From Candidatus Hydrogenedentota bacterium (GTDB lineage Bacteria; Hydrogenedentota; Hydrogenedentia; Hydrogenedentales; SLHB01), in NCBI GenBank assembly GCA_045863295.1, contig BTWA01000003.1, positions 128,001 to 192,000 of the forward strand: 64,000 bases of DNA. The letters are read 5' to 3'. Within the stretch, counting starts at the first letter, position 1; every line of letters starts with the position of its first letter. Shown piece by piece: positions 1 through 8,390 of this stretch. The notes under the pieces are model-generated. The model was not told where the DNA came from. It was given only the letters and a program-made list of their open reading frames with translations, and did no database searches. The position numbers and the translations under genes were made by a program.

Positions 1-913
1 CGGAGGGCGGTACGCGCAATCCGGTGTTGAGCAGGTGGTAGTAGATTTCCTGCGTCCATGTGCCGTTGCCTCGAGGCGCTGGCAGGCGAACGGCATCGCG
101 CGGTTTACCCCACGCTTCGCTTTCGTACATGCCGCCGCGGCACATATGGTTATTTGCAAGCCCTATGGAATCGCCGTGGCCCATGGCCAGCGCGGTCGGC
201 ACATCCCACCAGAATGGCTTTTCGATATCGATGTAAGTCTCCCGCTCATCGGCCACGCGTTCGAGAAAGGACATAGGTGAGGGCCATTCCCGGTCGGCTT
301 TGGAAATCTCAAGAGGTTCTGTCCGGTTGAAGTAGAGAAAGGCGCCGCCTTCCCGCTCGTCTTCACCTCCCATTATGTGGTAGTAGCGATTGCCGGCGAG
401 CTTCCGGAGTAGGGGTTCTTGAGGCGCGGTATCGCCCCACAGATTTTTTGCATTCCACCAGGTAATGAATGGGGCTATGTACAGGTCTTCTGATTGCATT
501 AGCAATTCGGCATGTTCGATGGGCCTGTGAACGTGGAGATCGCCGCACCACCACCCGCGAGAGGCCATGTTCGCCATCCGGTTCAGCGAAGCGACCACAT
601 CCTGTTTGCCTCCTCCGGCGAGTTCAAACGTGCCGGACACGGCACGATACTCCGGTCCCCGGTCTATTTCGTACGAATACGATCCGGGCGGCACATCGAG
701 CGCGGCGGTGCCGTCGCACGAAAAATGATCGTGCCACCAAGGATAGCTTTCTACTTTGACCGGCTTGTGCTCCGCATCCCAGAGGTGAATGCGACACGGG
801 ATGGCTTGGTCATTTTCCGTGACCCGAAAAGTTACTATTTCCGCAAAGAGACACGCGGGCCCGGCCATTAGCGCTGCCGCCATGCAAAGAGCGATTCTTT
901 CCATCATTGACAT
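1..913 (-). CDS. CehA/McbA-like PHP-domain metallohydrolase with signal peptide (3' end runs off window start; not in ORF track)
   Basis: Manual translation gives MSMMERIALCMAAALMAGPACLFA (signal-like), then PPGSYSYEIDRGPEY, GWWCGDLHVHR (PHP HxH motif), GEDEREGG, EKPFWWD, YYHLLNTGLR. Frame is open to the window edge. GAGGGG SD at 915-920; start could be 907. Confidence 0.75.
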   Translation of the reverse strand, partial: MSMMERIALCMAAALMAGPACLFAEIVTFRVTENDQAIPCRIHLWDAEHKPVKVESYPWWHDHFSCDGTAALDVPPGSYSYEIDRGPEYRAVSGTFELAGGGKQDVVASLNRMANMASRGWWCGDLHVHRPIEHAELLMQSEDLYIAPFITWWNAKNLWGDTAPQEPLLRKLAGNRYYHIMGGEDEREGGAFLYFNRTEPLEISKADREWPSPMSFLERVADERETYIDIEKPFWWDVPTALAMGHGDSIGLANNHMCRGGMYESEAWGKPRDAVRLPAPRGNGTWTQEIYYHLLNTGLRVPPS

Positions 914-999
914 ACCCCTCGCACCGCTACCCTGGACATTCCCATAACAATATCATACGCCGTTTAACCGAGCCGTGCTAAACCGATGGCCGAAGTATA

Positions 1000-1494
1000 C
1001 TAACGCGAACGCGCAAGGTTCATGGCCACTTGTGCCACCGCGGACTGTATGGAGCGCACCAGGGGAACAGTGGCCGGCTCGTAGTCTGTTTTAGCCGGAA
1101 GGGGGTTGGCGAGCGCTTCCGCCAAATCATCCATGTGTACAATCATTCGGCCCCAGCCACGCCGCGCCACGGCTTGCGCCAAATCCAACTGATGATCGTC
1201 CATATGCTCATTGTGTTTTTTCAGGCGCGGCACCACAATAAGGGGACGCGAGGCCTGCATGGCCTCAATGACACATCCGATGCCCGCATGAGCGACAATG
1301 ACCCGGGCTTCCCGCTGCAGCGCTACAATTTCTTGTCTGGGTTTGAACCGGAAATGTTCGCAGTGAACGGGCACGGTTTCCCCCATGCCGATCTGGCAAA
1401 TGATTCGTTCGCCCGTGGATTGGGCGATGTCGTCCATCTTGCGAATGAGCCGCGCGAAATCGAGAAACATGGTGCCGACGGTGACATAGATCAT
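1000..1494 (-). CDS. PssE/Cps14G (Alg13-like, GT28 C-terminal) glycosyltransferase subunit
   Basis: MIYVTVGT, FARL, QIG, VAHAGIG, PR...EHMDDHQ motifs; ATGA overlap with the upstream gene stop. Confidence 0.9.
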   Translation of the reverse strand: MIYVTVGTMFLDFARLIRKMDDIAQSTGERIICQIGMGETVPVHCEHFRFKPRQEIVALQREARVIVAHAGIGCVIEAMQASRPLIVVPRLKKHNEHMDDHQLDLAQAVARRGWGRMIVHMDDLAEALANPLPAKTDYEPATVPLVRSIQSAVAQVAMNLARSR

Positions 1495-1982
1495 GGATTT
1501 GATCCCCGCCATTCGTCCACCAGACTGCCTTTGAATAACGCTTTGGGCCCGTACACGGGCTGCAATTCCGGCCATTGCACGTAGAACCAGTCGGCCAGGT
1601 GATACATAATGCGGCCGGTAAACGAGGGTCTTGTCACTTGGGCGCCGCATTCGACGTAGATAACCGGCGTGCGAAAGAACAGTTTTCCAATCACGACGGC
1701 GGGAATAGCAATTTCCGCACCGGTTGAGACAATCAAATTGGGCTTTTCCTTACGAAATATTCGCCACACGCGCACGAGGTTTTTCGCCATTTCGATGGGA
1801 TTGCGCGCCATGTTTGGAATCCGGTAGGCGGGATCCAAATGGCGGGTTGTGTCTGCGTCGTAACAGAAGTAAAACGTCCGATGCCCGTCGAAGGCCCCGA
1901 GCAATTGCAGCATTTCGGTGAGATGGCCGCCATGCGAGCATACAAGACAAATGGAAAGACGAGGCAGCGCCGAGTCCGTCAT
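1491..1982 (-). CDS. PssD/Cps14F (Alg14-like) glycosyltransferase subunit
   Basis: CSHGGHL, STGAEIA, IYVE, SFTGR, FYVQW motifs. Confidence 0.9.
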   Translation of the reverse strand: MTDSALPRLSICLVCSHGGHLTEMLQLLGAFDGHRTFYFCYDADTTRHLDPAYRIPNMARNPIEMAKNLVRVWRIFRKEKPNLIVSTGAEIAIPAVVIGKLFFRTPVIYVECGAQVTRPSFTGRIMYHLADWFYVQWPELQPVYGPKALFKGSLVDEWRGSNP

Positions 1983-2968
1983 GGCGTCGCGCCGTCCCCG
2001 CGAAAGGGTTGCGGATTGGGGGTTGGCCGCGCATTACCGGGGATAGGGGTAAGCAATCCTTTTAAAATGCCCCACGAGTAGGGCCATATAATAATCCATC
2101 GGGCAATCCACCGGGGAGCGGCCTTGGAAATACTGTTGAACTGAACCGTCAAGTAGGCGAACGTGGCGATCAGGGGCAATGCAGCGGTCGCGAGTCCTAT
2201 CAACGGATTCAAAAATGCGAGAGCGATACCGGAAAGAAAGGTGGCCGCAAGAATAGGAATGACGAGGGTATACCACCACAAGCCTTCATACCACCCGGCC
2301 GCGCGCAACATGACGACGATATCTTTCCCCATCATCACGGCTTTGCGCCAGAGTCCCTTTAACCGTGTTTCGTAGTGGTGGTGCACCGCGGCATCCGCTT
2401 CAAACCAGATTTTCCACCCGGCCTTTCTCAGTGCCATGGACACATAGACATCTTCGGCTGCGCTGTGACCCGGCAGGCGGAGCCACCCCCCCACCTCGGC
2501 CAGTGCTGCCATTCGAAATGCGCTGTTACCCCCTATGACGCCGTCGGTCTCGCCCGTATCCCGGGTCTCCACAAGAAACCACATGTGATGGAGCCACGCC
2601 GCAAGATTGCGGGGCCCGATCGGAGGGTGGCGGCCGGTAACTGCCGCGACGTCCGCCCGGGAGTCCAGGACCTGTTTCATTCGTTCGACCCATACTGGCG
2701 CGAGCACGCAGTCGGCGTCGGTGAACGCGAGGTATTCGGTGCGGCATTCCGCGAGAACCGCATTGCGCGCTTCGTACAACCCGGTGGCGTCGCTTGCGAT
2801 TACCCGTGCACCGAAGGAACTTGCCACGGCAGCGGTTGGGTCGCTCAGGTTGTCGACCGCGACAATGATTGCCTCGGGCGGGACCGTTTGCTCGGCGATG
2901 CTACGCAGGCAATTACCGATGATGCTTTCGGCGTTGCGCGCACAAATGGCCAGGGTCAAGGAAGGCAT
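1979..2968 (-). CDS. Family 2 glycosyltransferase with C-terminal TM helices
   Basis: ARN, FTDADC (DxD), GGNSAFR, AED motifs; hydrophobic C-terminus; AAAGGA SD before ATG at 2968. Confidence 0.88.
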   Translation of the reverse strand: MPSLTLAICARNAESIIGNCLRSIAEQTVPPEAIIVAVDNLSDPTAAVASSFGARVIASDATGLYEARNAVLAECRTEYLAFTDADCVLAPVWVERMKQVLDSRADVAAVTGRHPPIGPRNLAAWLHHMWFLVETRDTGETDGVIGGNSAFRMAALAEVGGWLRLPGHSAAEDVYVSMALRKAGWKIWFEADAAVHHHYETRLKGLWRKAVMMGKDIVVMLRAAGWYEGLWWYTLVIPILAATFLSGIALAFLNPLIGLATAALPLIATFAYLTVQFNSISKAAPRWIARWIIIWPYSWGILKGLLTPIPGNARPTPNPQPFRGDGATP

Positions 2969-3111
2969 GCGATTCCTTTCAGGACATAGTTCCCACACGA
3001 CTGCGCATTGAGCGTAGCATACGGCGTGGCAACGGGTGCGGCAACCGGCCTTGACTGGCTGAGCGCAAATTGTCTACTTTGGCCGCCTTGGGTCTGTTCT
3101 GTGCACTGTGG

Positions 3112-3183
3112 GCCCCGGTAGTTCAATGGATAGAACGAGTCCCTCCTAAGGACTAAATCTGGGTTCGATTCCCGGCCGGGGCA
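3112..3183 (+). tRNA. tRNA-Arg(CCT), CCA end not encoded
   Basis: Acceptor stem GCCCCGG/CCGGGGC, D-arm GTTC..GAAC, anticodon stem AGTCC/GGACT with loop CTCCTAA, T-loop TTCGATT. Confidence 0.96.
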
Positions 3184-3249
3184 TATAGCATAAGTTATTT
3201 TAACTAAATAGCTTGCCTCGAAAGTGCCTGAGTTTTTCGCAATCGATTC

Positions 3250-3278
3250 TTGACAGAAAAACTCGAAAAAGCCATAAT
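3250..3278 (+). promoter_or_regulatory. sigma70-type promoter
   Basis: TTGACA(3250-55)-N17-CATAAT(3273-78), upstream of the 3388 ORF. Confidence 0.7.
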
Positions 3279-3387
3279 CTAATGTAGAGAAATAGGACTG
3301 CGAACTGATTGCCCAGCGCGAAAGGGCGCTGTGTGTCGTGAGTGCATTGTCTTGGTCACCATGCGTGGCAAGGTATGTACGCGCGGT

Positions 3388-3981
3388 ATGGGAAGTGGTG
3401 TCATGGGCGTTCGAATCGGCGATAGCGCACAACGCTTGGAAGCGTTTCGATTCGCGTCGTTCAATACGGCGGGAGCGGCCGCACCGCGCGCTTCGGAAGC
3501 AGCCATTCCAACGGTTGGGTTTGGTTCCAGGTCCAACGAATCCGGTGCGGCGTCCACGCTTTTTCCTGAGGAGCGCCCGGAACCGCAGCGCGTTGGATTT
3601 GGCACGGGAACCGTGTCAGCGCCGGCAGCGGCATTGCGCACGCTGGATCGGAATCTTGCGGAAGCGGAGAAAATCGTCCCCACCTTTGAAGAACTTCAGC
3701 AGGAAGTCCGGGACCGGATTACTCGCGAGCAGGAACGTTTGGCGCGGGAAAATCCGCCCACGAGTTCTCCGGCAACGTTTGACTTGCGCGAGGCCACGAC
3801 CAGAGCTTCGGATACAGCGCGCGGATTTGTAAACGGTTTGAACGATGCGGCCGGCACTGCGCGGGCGCGATTGCAAGGCGAGACACCGCCGGAAACCAAT
3901 CGCATCGATGTACGCGTGGGCAGCGAGCAGGTTGCGCTGACGCGATCGACACAAACCCCCGCTTTTGAATTTTTTGCCTGA
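3388..3981 (+). CDS. Hypothetical protein
   Basis: Long ORF behind a near-consensus promoter; helical central segment; no recognised family; start uncertain (3331/3388/3403). Confidence 0.6.
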   Translation: MGSGVMGVRIGDSAQRLEAFRFASFNTAGAAAPRASEAAIPTVGFGSRSNESGAASTLFPEERPEPQRVGFGTGTVSAPAAALRTLDRNLAEAEKIVPTFEELQQEVRDRITREQERLARENPPTSSPATFDLREATTRASDTARGFVNGLNDAAGTARARLQGETPPETNRIDVRVGSEQVALTRSTQTPAFEFFA

Positions 3982-4080
3982 CATCCCCTTTTCGTTTCAC
4001 TTCTTCGATTGCAGTACACTTGTGGAATGTCCCACGTGTGAATTCTATTCTGCTAGACTCCAAGAATCGAGGGATACCGG

Positions 4081-4497
4081 GTGGTCGTTTTGAAGACTTC
4101 GATGCGCTATCTGATGGCCGTGTTGTTCGTTGCGGCAGGCGCAAATCATTTCATCAATCCCGATTTCTATATCCAGATCATGCCGACGTACCTGCCGTTC
4201 CCTCGCGCACTGGTATTGTTGAGCGGCCTCACAGAGATTGCGGGCGGCGTTATGCTGTGCTTTCGCAAGACGGCTGTGGTTGGAGCATGGAGCATAGTGG
4301 CGATGTTGGTTGTGTTTTTTCTGGTGCACATCGACATGATCATTCACGCGGATCGGTATCCGAGCATGCCCATGTGGGGCCTTGTACTGCGGTTGTTGTT
4401 GCAGTTTCTTTTGATTGCGTGGGCATGTTGGTTTACCCGGCCCGTATCCAATGCCGCTGCGACAATTTTCGATCGGCAAGCAAAGCAGGAGCAGTAA
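4081..4497 (+). CDS. DoxX-family membrane protein
   Basis: AGANHF..P.FY...MP.YLP, SGLTEIAGG, RLLLQ; 4 TM segments. Confidence 0.85.
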   Translation: MVVLKTSMRYLMAVLFVAAGANHFINPDFYIQIMPTYLPFPRALVLLSGLTEIAGGVMLCFRKTAVVGAWSIVAMLVVFFLVHIDMIIHADRYPSMPMWGLVLRLLLQFLLIAWACWFTRPVSNAAATIFDRQAKQEQ

Positions 4498-4502
4498 GAG
4501 AC

Positions 4503-4886
4503 ATGAGTCGAAATGGGTTTCTGGCGGTGTCGGGGGTATTGGGCGCACTGGCGGTCGGTCTGGGGGCGTTTGGGGCGCACGGACTCAAGGATCGCTTGTC
4601 CACGGAAATGCTGGCCGTTTGGCACACGGCCGTGCAGTATCATTTTTACCATGCAATTGCGATGCTGGCCGTGGCTGCGGGCGTGGCTGGATTGTGGAAA
4701 CAACCCTTGACCGGTTGGGCGTGCTGGGCGTGGACCTTGGGCATCGTCGTTTTCTCCGGCAGTCTGTATGCCCTTGCGCTGACTGGAATCAAGATACTAG
4801 GCGCGATTACCCCGTTTGGCGGCGTGGCCTTTATTGCGGGATGGGTATTGATTGCCATTGCCGGCTGGAAAGCTTCTCTGGAGTAG
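4503..4886 (+). CDS. DUF423 (YgdD/TMEM256) membrane protein
   Basis: GAFGAHGL, TAVQYHFYHA, FSGSLY, GAITPFGG motifs; true start is ATG 4503, inside ORF 4020-4886. Confidence 0.92.
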   Translation: MSRNGFLAVSGVLGALAVGLGAFGAHGLKDRLSTEMLAVWHTAVQYHFYHAIAMLAVAAGVAGLWKQPLTGWACWAWTLGIVVFSGSLYALALTGIKILGAITPFGGVAFIAGWVLIAIAGWKASLE

Positions 4887-4976
4887 AGTCGACAGCGGGC
4901 TGTGGTATAGTGGTGTGTAGAATGTTATTCGGTCGAGCGTAAGTGGATTGAACCCGGTTTTACGCAAGGAGGCGTT

Positions 4977-5132
4977 ATGGCGGGAAGTAGTCCAAGCCCA
5001 GGCACCGTTGCCATCTTCTGGGGAGTCTTTCAGACCCTGATTCTCGTGGCGCAATTGGTTCAAGGGGTCGAGATCAATTGCGAATGCAATGACGAAGACG
5101 AGCAGAAAACAGAGGCGGCGCCGGCGAGTTAG
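4977..5132 (+). CDS. Small (51 aa) single-TM protein, unannotated
   Basis: AAGGAGG SD 4 nt before ATG; MAGSSPSPGTVAIFWGVFQTLILVAQLVQGVEINCECNDEDEQKTEAAPAS*; fills the intergenic gap. Confidence 0.6.
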   Translation: MAGSSPSPGTVAIFWGVFQTLILVAQLVQGVEINCECNDEDEQKTEAAPAS

Positions 5133-5452
5133 TCATCCGAGATTTTACCCCTGGCCGATTTCACGCTCGATCGGCGCTTTTTTGAATCGAGCCGCCTTTC
5201 CACCGACCCTTTGGTCGGTCTGGTTGCACGCCGTCTCTTTCGCTTGCGATTTAGTGCCGCAAGCCGCTTCTCCAATTCGGCGATGGCCTCTTCACGATTG
5301 CGCGTTTGCGATCGCTCACCTTTGGCCACCACGGTAATCCCCGTGGGAATGTGATGAACGCGAACAGCCGTTTCCGTCACATTGCGGTGCTGTCCGCCGG
5401 GGCCGCCGCTGCGGAAGAAGGTCACTTCGATATCGTTTGGGTCGATTGCCAT
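5129..5452 (-). CDS. arfB: Ribosome rescue peptidyl-tRNA hydrolase, ArfB/RF-1 GGQ-domain protein
   Basis: RSGGPGGQH.N, HIPTGI, ERSQ..NR, basic tail RRATRPTKGS.ERRL..KK. Confidence 0.85.
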   Translation of the reverse strand: MAIDPNDIEVTFFRSGGPGGQHRNVTETAVRVHHIPTGITVVAKGERSQTRNREEAIAELEKRLAALNRKRKRRRATRPTKGSVERRLDSKKRRSSVKSARGKISDD

Positions 5453-5559
5453 AACCGAATCGTACCATTGCGCGAAGCGGGTTGCCAAAAATGACGGGCC
5501 GTGTGGTACAGTGTGGCGCACTTGGGGTCAAGGCAACCCGCATTGGAGACGAATGTGTT

Positions 5560-6426
5560 ATGAAGGGCATTATTCTGGCTGGCGGATCGGGCACTCGGTT
5601 GCATCCGATTACCCTGGGCATCAGCAAACAACTGATGCCTATCTACGACAAGCCGATGATCTATTACCCGTTGTCGACGCTGATGTTTGCGGGCATTCGG
5701 GATATCCTCATCATTTCGACTCCCCACGATTTGCCTTTCTTTAGGCGACTCCTGGGGGATGGCAAGCCGCTGGGGTGTACGTTTTCGTACGCGGAGCAGG
5801 CCGTGCCGAATGGACTGGCGCAGGCGTTTGTGATCGGCGAGGAATTTGTGGGTGACGACAAAGTGGCGCTGATCCTGGGCGACAATATTTTTTACGGCAT
5901 GGGTTTGGGAAAGCATATGCGGTCGTACTCGGATCCCGATGGCGGCGTGGTGTTCGCGTATCACGTGTCGGATCCGGAGCGGTATGGCGTGGTGGATTTC
6001 GATGCGACGGGCAAGGTGCTGTCGATCGAGGAGAAACCGGCGAAACCGAAATCGAACTATGCAGTCCCAGGGCTTTATTTCTACGACAACAGTGTGGTCG
6101 AGATTGCAAAGAATTTGAAGCCGTCCGCTCGAGGCGAATACGAAATCACGGATGTGAATAAACATTATCTTGCCATGGGCAAGTTGAAGGTGGGTATTCT
6201 CGAACGGGGTACGGCGTGGTTGGATACGGGCACGTTTGAGTCATTGATGCAGGCGGCGCAGTTTGTGCAGGTGATTGAAGACCGGCAGGCCCTGAAGATC
6301 GGCTGCATCGAAGAGGCGGCGTATCGAATGGGGTTCATTGATGCGGCGCAAATGAAAGCGTTGGCGGAACCGCTGCGGAAGTCGGGGTATGGGGACTATT
6401 TGCTGAAGTGTTTGGATCATAAGTAA
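5560..6426 (+). CDS. rfbA: Glucose-1-phosphate thymidylyltransferase
   Basis: [49 protein letters not shown]. Confidence 0.97.
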   Translation: MKGIILAGGSGTRLHPITLGISKQLMPIYDKPMIYYPLSTLMFAGIRDILIISTPHDLPFFRRLLGDGKPLGCTFSYAEQAVPNGLAQAFVIGEEFVGDDKVALILGDNIFYGMGLGKHMRSYSDPDGGVVFAYHVSDPERYGVVDFDATGKVLSIEEKPAKPKSNYAVPGLYFYDNSVVEIAKNLKPSARGEYEITDVNKHYLAMGKLKVGILERGTAWLDTGTFESLMQAAQFVQVIEDRQALKIGCIEEAAYRMGFIDAAQMKALAEPLRKSGYGDYLLKCLDHK

Positions 6427-6453
6427 TAGTTGCGGGGTGGTTGGCTTTGAGTC

Positions 6454-6482
6454 GCACCCCCAAACGAGTTTGGGGGTGGCAC
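6454..6482. repeat. GC-rich hairpin (terminator or REP-like)
   Basis: CACCCCCAAAC-GA-GTTTGGGGGTG, just downstream of rfbA. Confidence 0.6.
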
Positions 6483-6484
6483 AT

Positions 6485-6678
6485 GAGTCCCGGAGGGACG
6501 GCCGAAAATAGCCCAGCACTTCGCGTGCTGGGTAATTAACGGATAAAAATCTTCGAGTCCCGGAGGGACGATAGAAATGGCGTTGCGTTCTGTCGTCCCT
6601 CCGGGACTCGCTTCTTCTTGTACTCTGAACCCAGCCTTGGAAAGGCTGGGCTATTTTCTATTGTCCCTGCCGGGACTC
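6485..6678. repeat. REPIN/MITE-like nested inverted repeat of a 16-bp REP unit
   Basis: GAGTCCCGGAGGGACG at 6485 and 6555; inverted copies at 6594-6609 and (degenerate) 6662-6678; outer arms also share GAAAATAGCCCAGC / GCTGGGCTATTTTC. Confidence 0.8.
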
Positions 6679-7084
6679 AATTCGCTGAGGGTCCTCCGAA
6701 GCGCTCTTCGTGGACGTCGCCATTGCGGCCGAAGTAGAGCACGCGCGCGCCGGAGATGAATACAGTGTAGCCAATGCAACCTGCCTCCATCGTACGTTGA
6801 AGAAACTCCTGGTAGTAGATCTCCCCGCGTTGGATTGCGCGCACGGCGGATTCGACGCCAACGGCGTTGAAGGTTTCCGCAACGGTGGCATCAGGGTGGG
6901 CCAACGTTAACGTCGTGGCCGCGCCGCTGGGGAGATAGTACGTGCCCACATGGCACGAGTAGTCGATGTGGTACCGTTCGAGGCCGATGGCCTGCAGTGA
7001 TTGCACAACTTCGGGGAATGTGGTCTCTCCGCGCAAGGATTGATTCGCGCAGTTTACAATTACGGCCAATTGTTCTGTGTTCAT
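6677..7084 (-). CDS. DUF1398 (YbcV-like) protein
   Basis: TFPEVV..L...G.ERY.IDY, AIQRGEI.YQEF....MEAG..GY.V, YFGR.GD.H.E.F; start 7084 or 7111. Confidence 0.8.
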   Translation of the reverse strand: MNTEQLAVIVNCANQSLRGETTFPEVVQSLQAIGLERYHIDYSCHVGTYYLPSGAATTLTLAHPDATVAETFNAVGVESAVRAIQRGEIYYQEFLQRTMEAGCIGYTVFISGARVLYFGRNGDVHEERFGGPSAN

Positions 7085-7107
7085 TGGGGGATTCCTGTAG
7101 TTGGTGC

Positions 7108-7566
7108 TCATGTTGTAGGCACGTCTTTCCAGCCGTGAAGTCGTACGAGGTCCGTTAACAGTTCTTTCAACTCGGCACGTTGCGCCTTGGAAAGATGGCC
7201 AAAAAACTCTTCTTCATTCGCATCAGCCAAGGCCGCGAGCCGCGGCACGAGGCGTTTGCCCGCGGCCGTAAGCGCAACGGTGTGAAAACGCTGATCACTC
7301 CGCACCTCACCGCGCGCGACAAGGCCTTTGACGATTAAGCGGTCCGTCAGCTTCGAAATGGCGCCCCGCGTCATGCCCAATACGTCGGCGATGGCGCTGG
7401 GATTGGTCTTGCCGTGCCGCAACAGTTCGCGAAGCACTACCCACTCCGCGACCGTCACTCCGCAGGCCTCGACCTTCAGCTTGAAGGCATGCGAGACGTG
7501 GTTGGACACGAACCGGAGCCAGTATCCAAGGTGATCGTCGAGTTGGCTGATGGGTTTTGTTTTCAT
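7108..7566 (-). CDS. MarR-family transcriptional regulator
   Basis: HLGYWLR.VSN.VS, VTVAEW, TRGAISKL.DRL..KGLV.R, D.R...V.LT..G. Confidence 0.93.
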   Translation of the reverse strand: MKTKPISQLDDHLGYWLRFVSNHVSHAFKLKVEACGVTVAEWVVLRELLRHGKTNPSAIADVLGMTRGAISKLTDRLIVKGLVARGEVRSDQRFHTVALTAAGKRLVPRLAALADANEEEFFGHLSKAQRAELKELLTDLVRLHGWKDVPTT

Positions 7567-7574
7567 GGCGGCCC

Positions 7575-7598
7575 ATATAGTTTCCAAGGCAACTATAT
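7575..7598. promoter_or_regulatory. Palindromic operator, probable MarR autoregulatory site
   Basis: ATATAGTT-TCCAAGGC-AACTATAT, 8 nt upstream of the MarR ATG. Confidence 0.65.
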
Positions 7599-7784
7599 CA
7601 TGGTAATCGAACAAAGTAAAGACACGATCTGGCCGGGGTTGGAGACCTGCGGTCGCGCCGGTATCGGGGTCAGTAGATCGCGACACAACTGCGGGGCAAT
7701 AAGGAAGGGTATGAGTAGTACCAATAACGATGGTGGTAAGTGTCGCATGTGGATAATCGGACCACCGCTGGCACCTCTTTTGAA

Positions 7785-8005
7785 CTAGAGAATATCTATG
7801 AACTCATCGATGGTAATACCCGCTGAGCGGAGAATGCCATGCAAGGTACCCCGGTCGAGCTCTTTGTGGTTTGGGACGGCGACTTACGTTTTGGGTGACT
7901 GCCTTACGAGAATGATGTGGCTTCTCGCTGACGGGCAATTCCGAATTCGACCTTCTTCAGAGCTGTGATGCATTTTTTGCCGGAGACGACCGGCAAAGCG
8001 GTCAT
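7785..8005 (-). pseudogene. hicA: HicA toxin pseudogene (frameshift plus nonsense)
   Basis: MTALPVVSGKKCITALKK..F...RQR-[1-nt deletion ~7924]-SHIILVRQSPKT*(TAA 7884-86)VAVPNHKELDRGTLHGILRSAGITIDEFIDIL; ATGA overlap with hicB. Confidence 0.85.
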
Positions 8006-8202
8006 ACGCTGGTCACCTCAAGATGGTCTTCAGGCACCGGTTCCCCGCGCTCGTTCAGCACTTCGATGTAGAGGTCAATTACTTCACGAATGTTGACCAA
8101 TGCTTGGTCTCGTGTTTCGCCCTGGCGGATGCAGCCGGGCAGGCTTGGGCATTCGACGACCCAGTAGCCGTCTTCGCCGGGGTATAGATTTACTTTACGC
8201 AT
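8002..8202 (-). CDS. hicB: HicB-like antitoxin (short form, no DNA-binding domain)
   Basis: EDGYWVVECPSLPGC..QGET.DQAL.NI.E.I.LYIE.L...GEPVP; GGAG SD. Confidence 0.9.
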   Translation of the reverse strand: MRKVNLYPGEDGYWVVECPSLPGCIRQGETRDQALVNIREVIDLYIEVLNERGEPVPEDHLEVTSV

Positions 8203-8250
8203 GCTGGCGCTCCTGCCGTAGTCCCTGCATACACCTCCGCAACGGAGATG

Positions 8251-8364
8251 GAGACCTTCGGTCGGGCGCATAGCAGGGTCGGGAGACCCTGCCACAACAA
8301 CTTTTGGGGAGACCGCGACACAGCTGCGGGGACCGCGACACGACCACGAAGACCGCGATACGAC
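8251..8364. repeat. REP-like hairpin plus three 20-bp-period degenerate direct repeats
   Basis: Hairpin GCAGGGTC-GGGA-GACCCTGC (8273-8292); GACCGCGAYAC at 8311, 8331, 8351. Confidence 0.65.
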
Positions 8365-8390
8365 TGCATGGATATATGCTGCCGCGATGC

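Noticed and set aside
4020..4502. N-terminal extension of DUF423 as a fusion
   Set aside because: It is an alternative frame over the DoxX gene; the family match begins at ATG 4503
4797..5063. 88-aa minus-strand ORF
   Set aside because: Overlaps DUF423 and the better-supported plus-strand 51-aa ORF; no SD or motif
8311..8364. Regularly spaced repeats as a mini-CRISPR
   Set aside because: 11-bp units with 9-bp spacers are far too short; no cas genes
3112..8390. tRNA-anchored genomic island
   Set aside because: No integrase and no duplicated tRNA 3' end seen; the downstream genes (arfB, rfbA, DUF423) look like core genes
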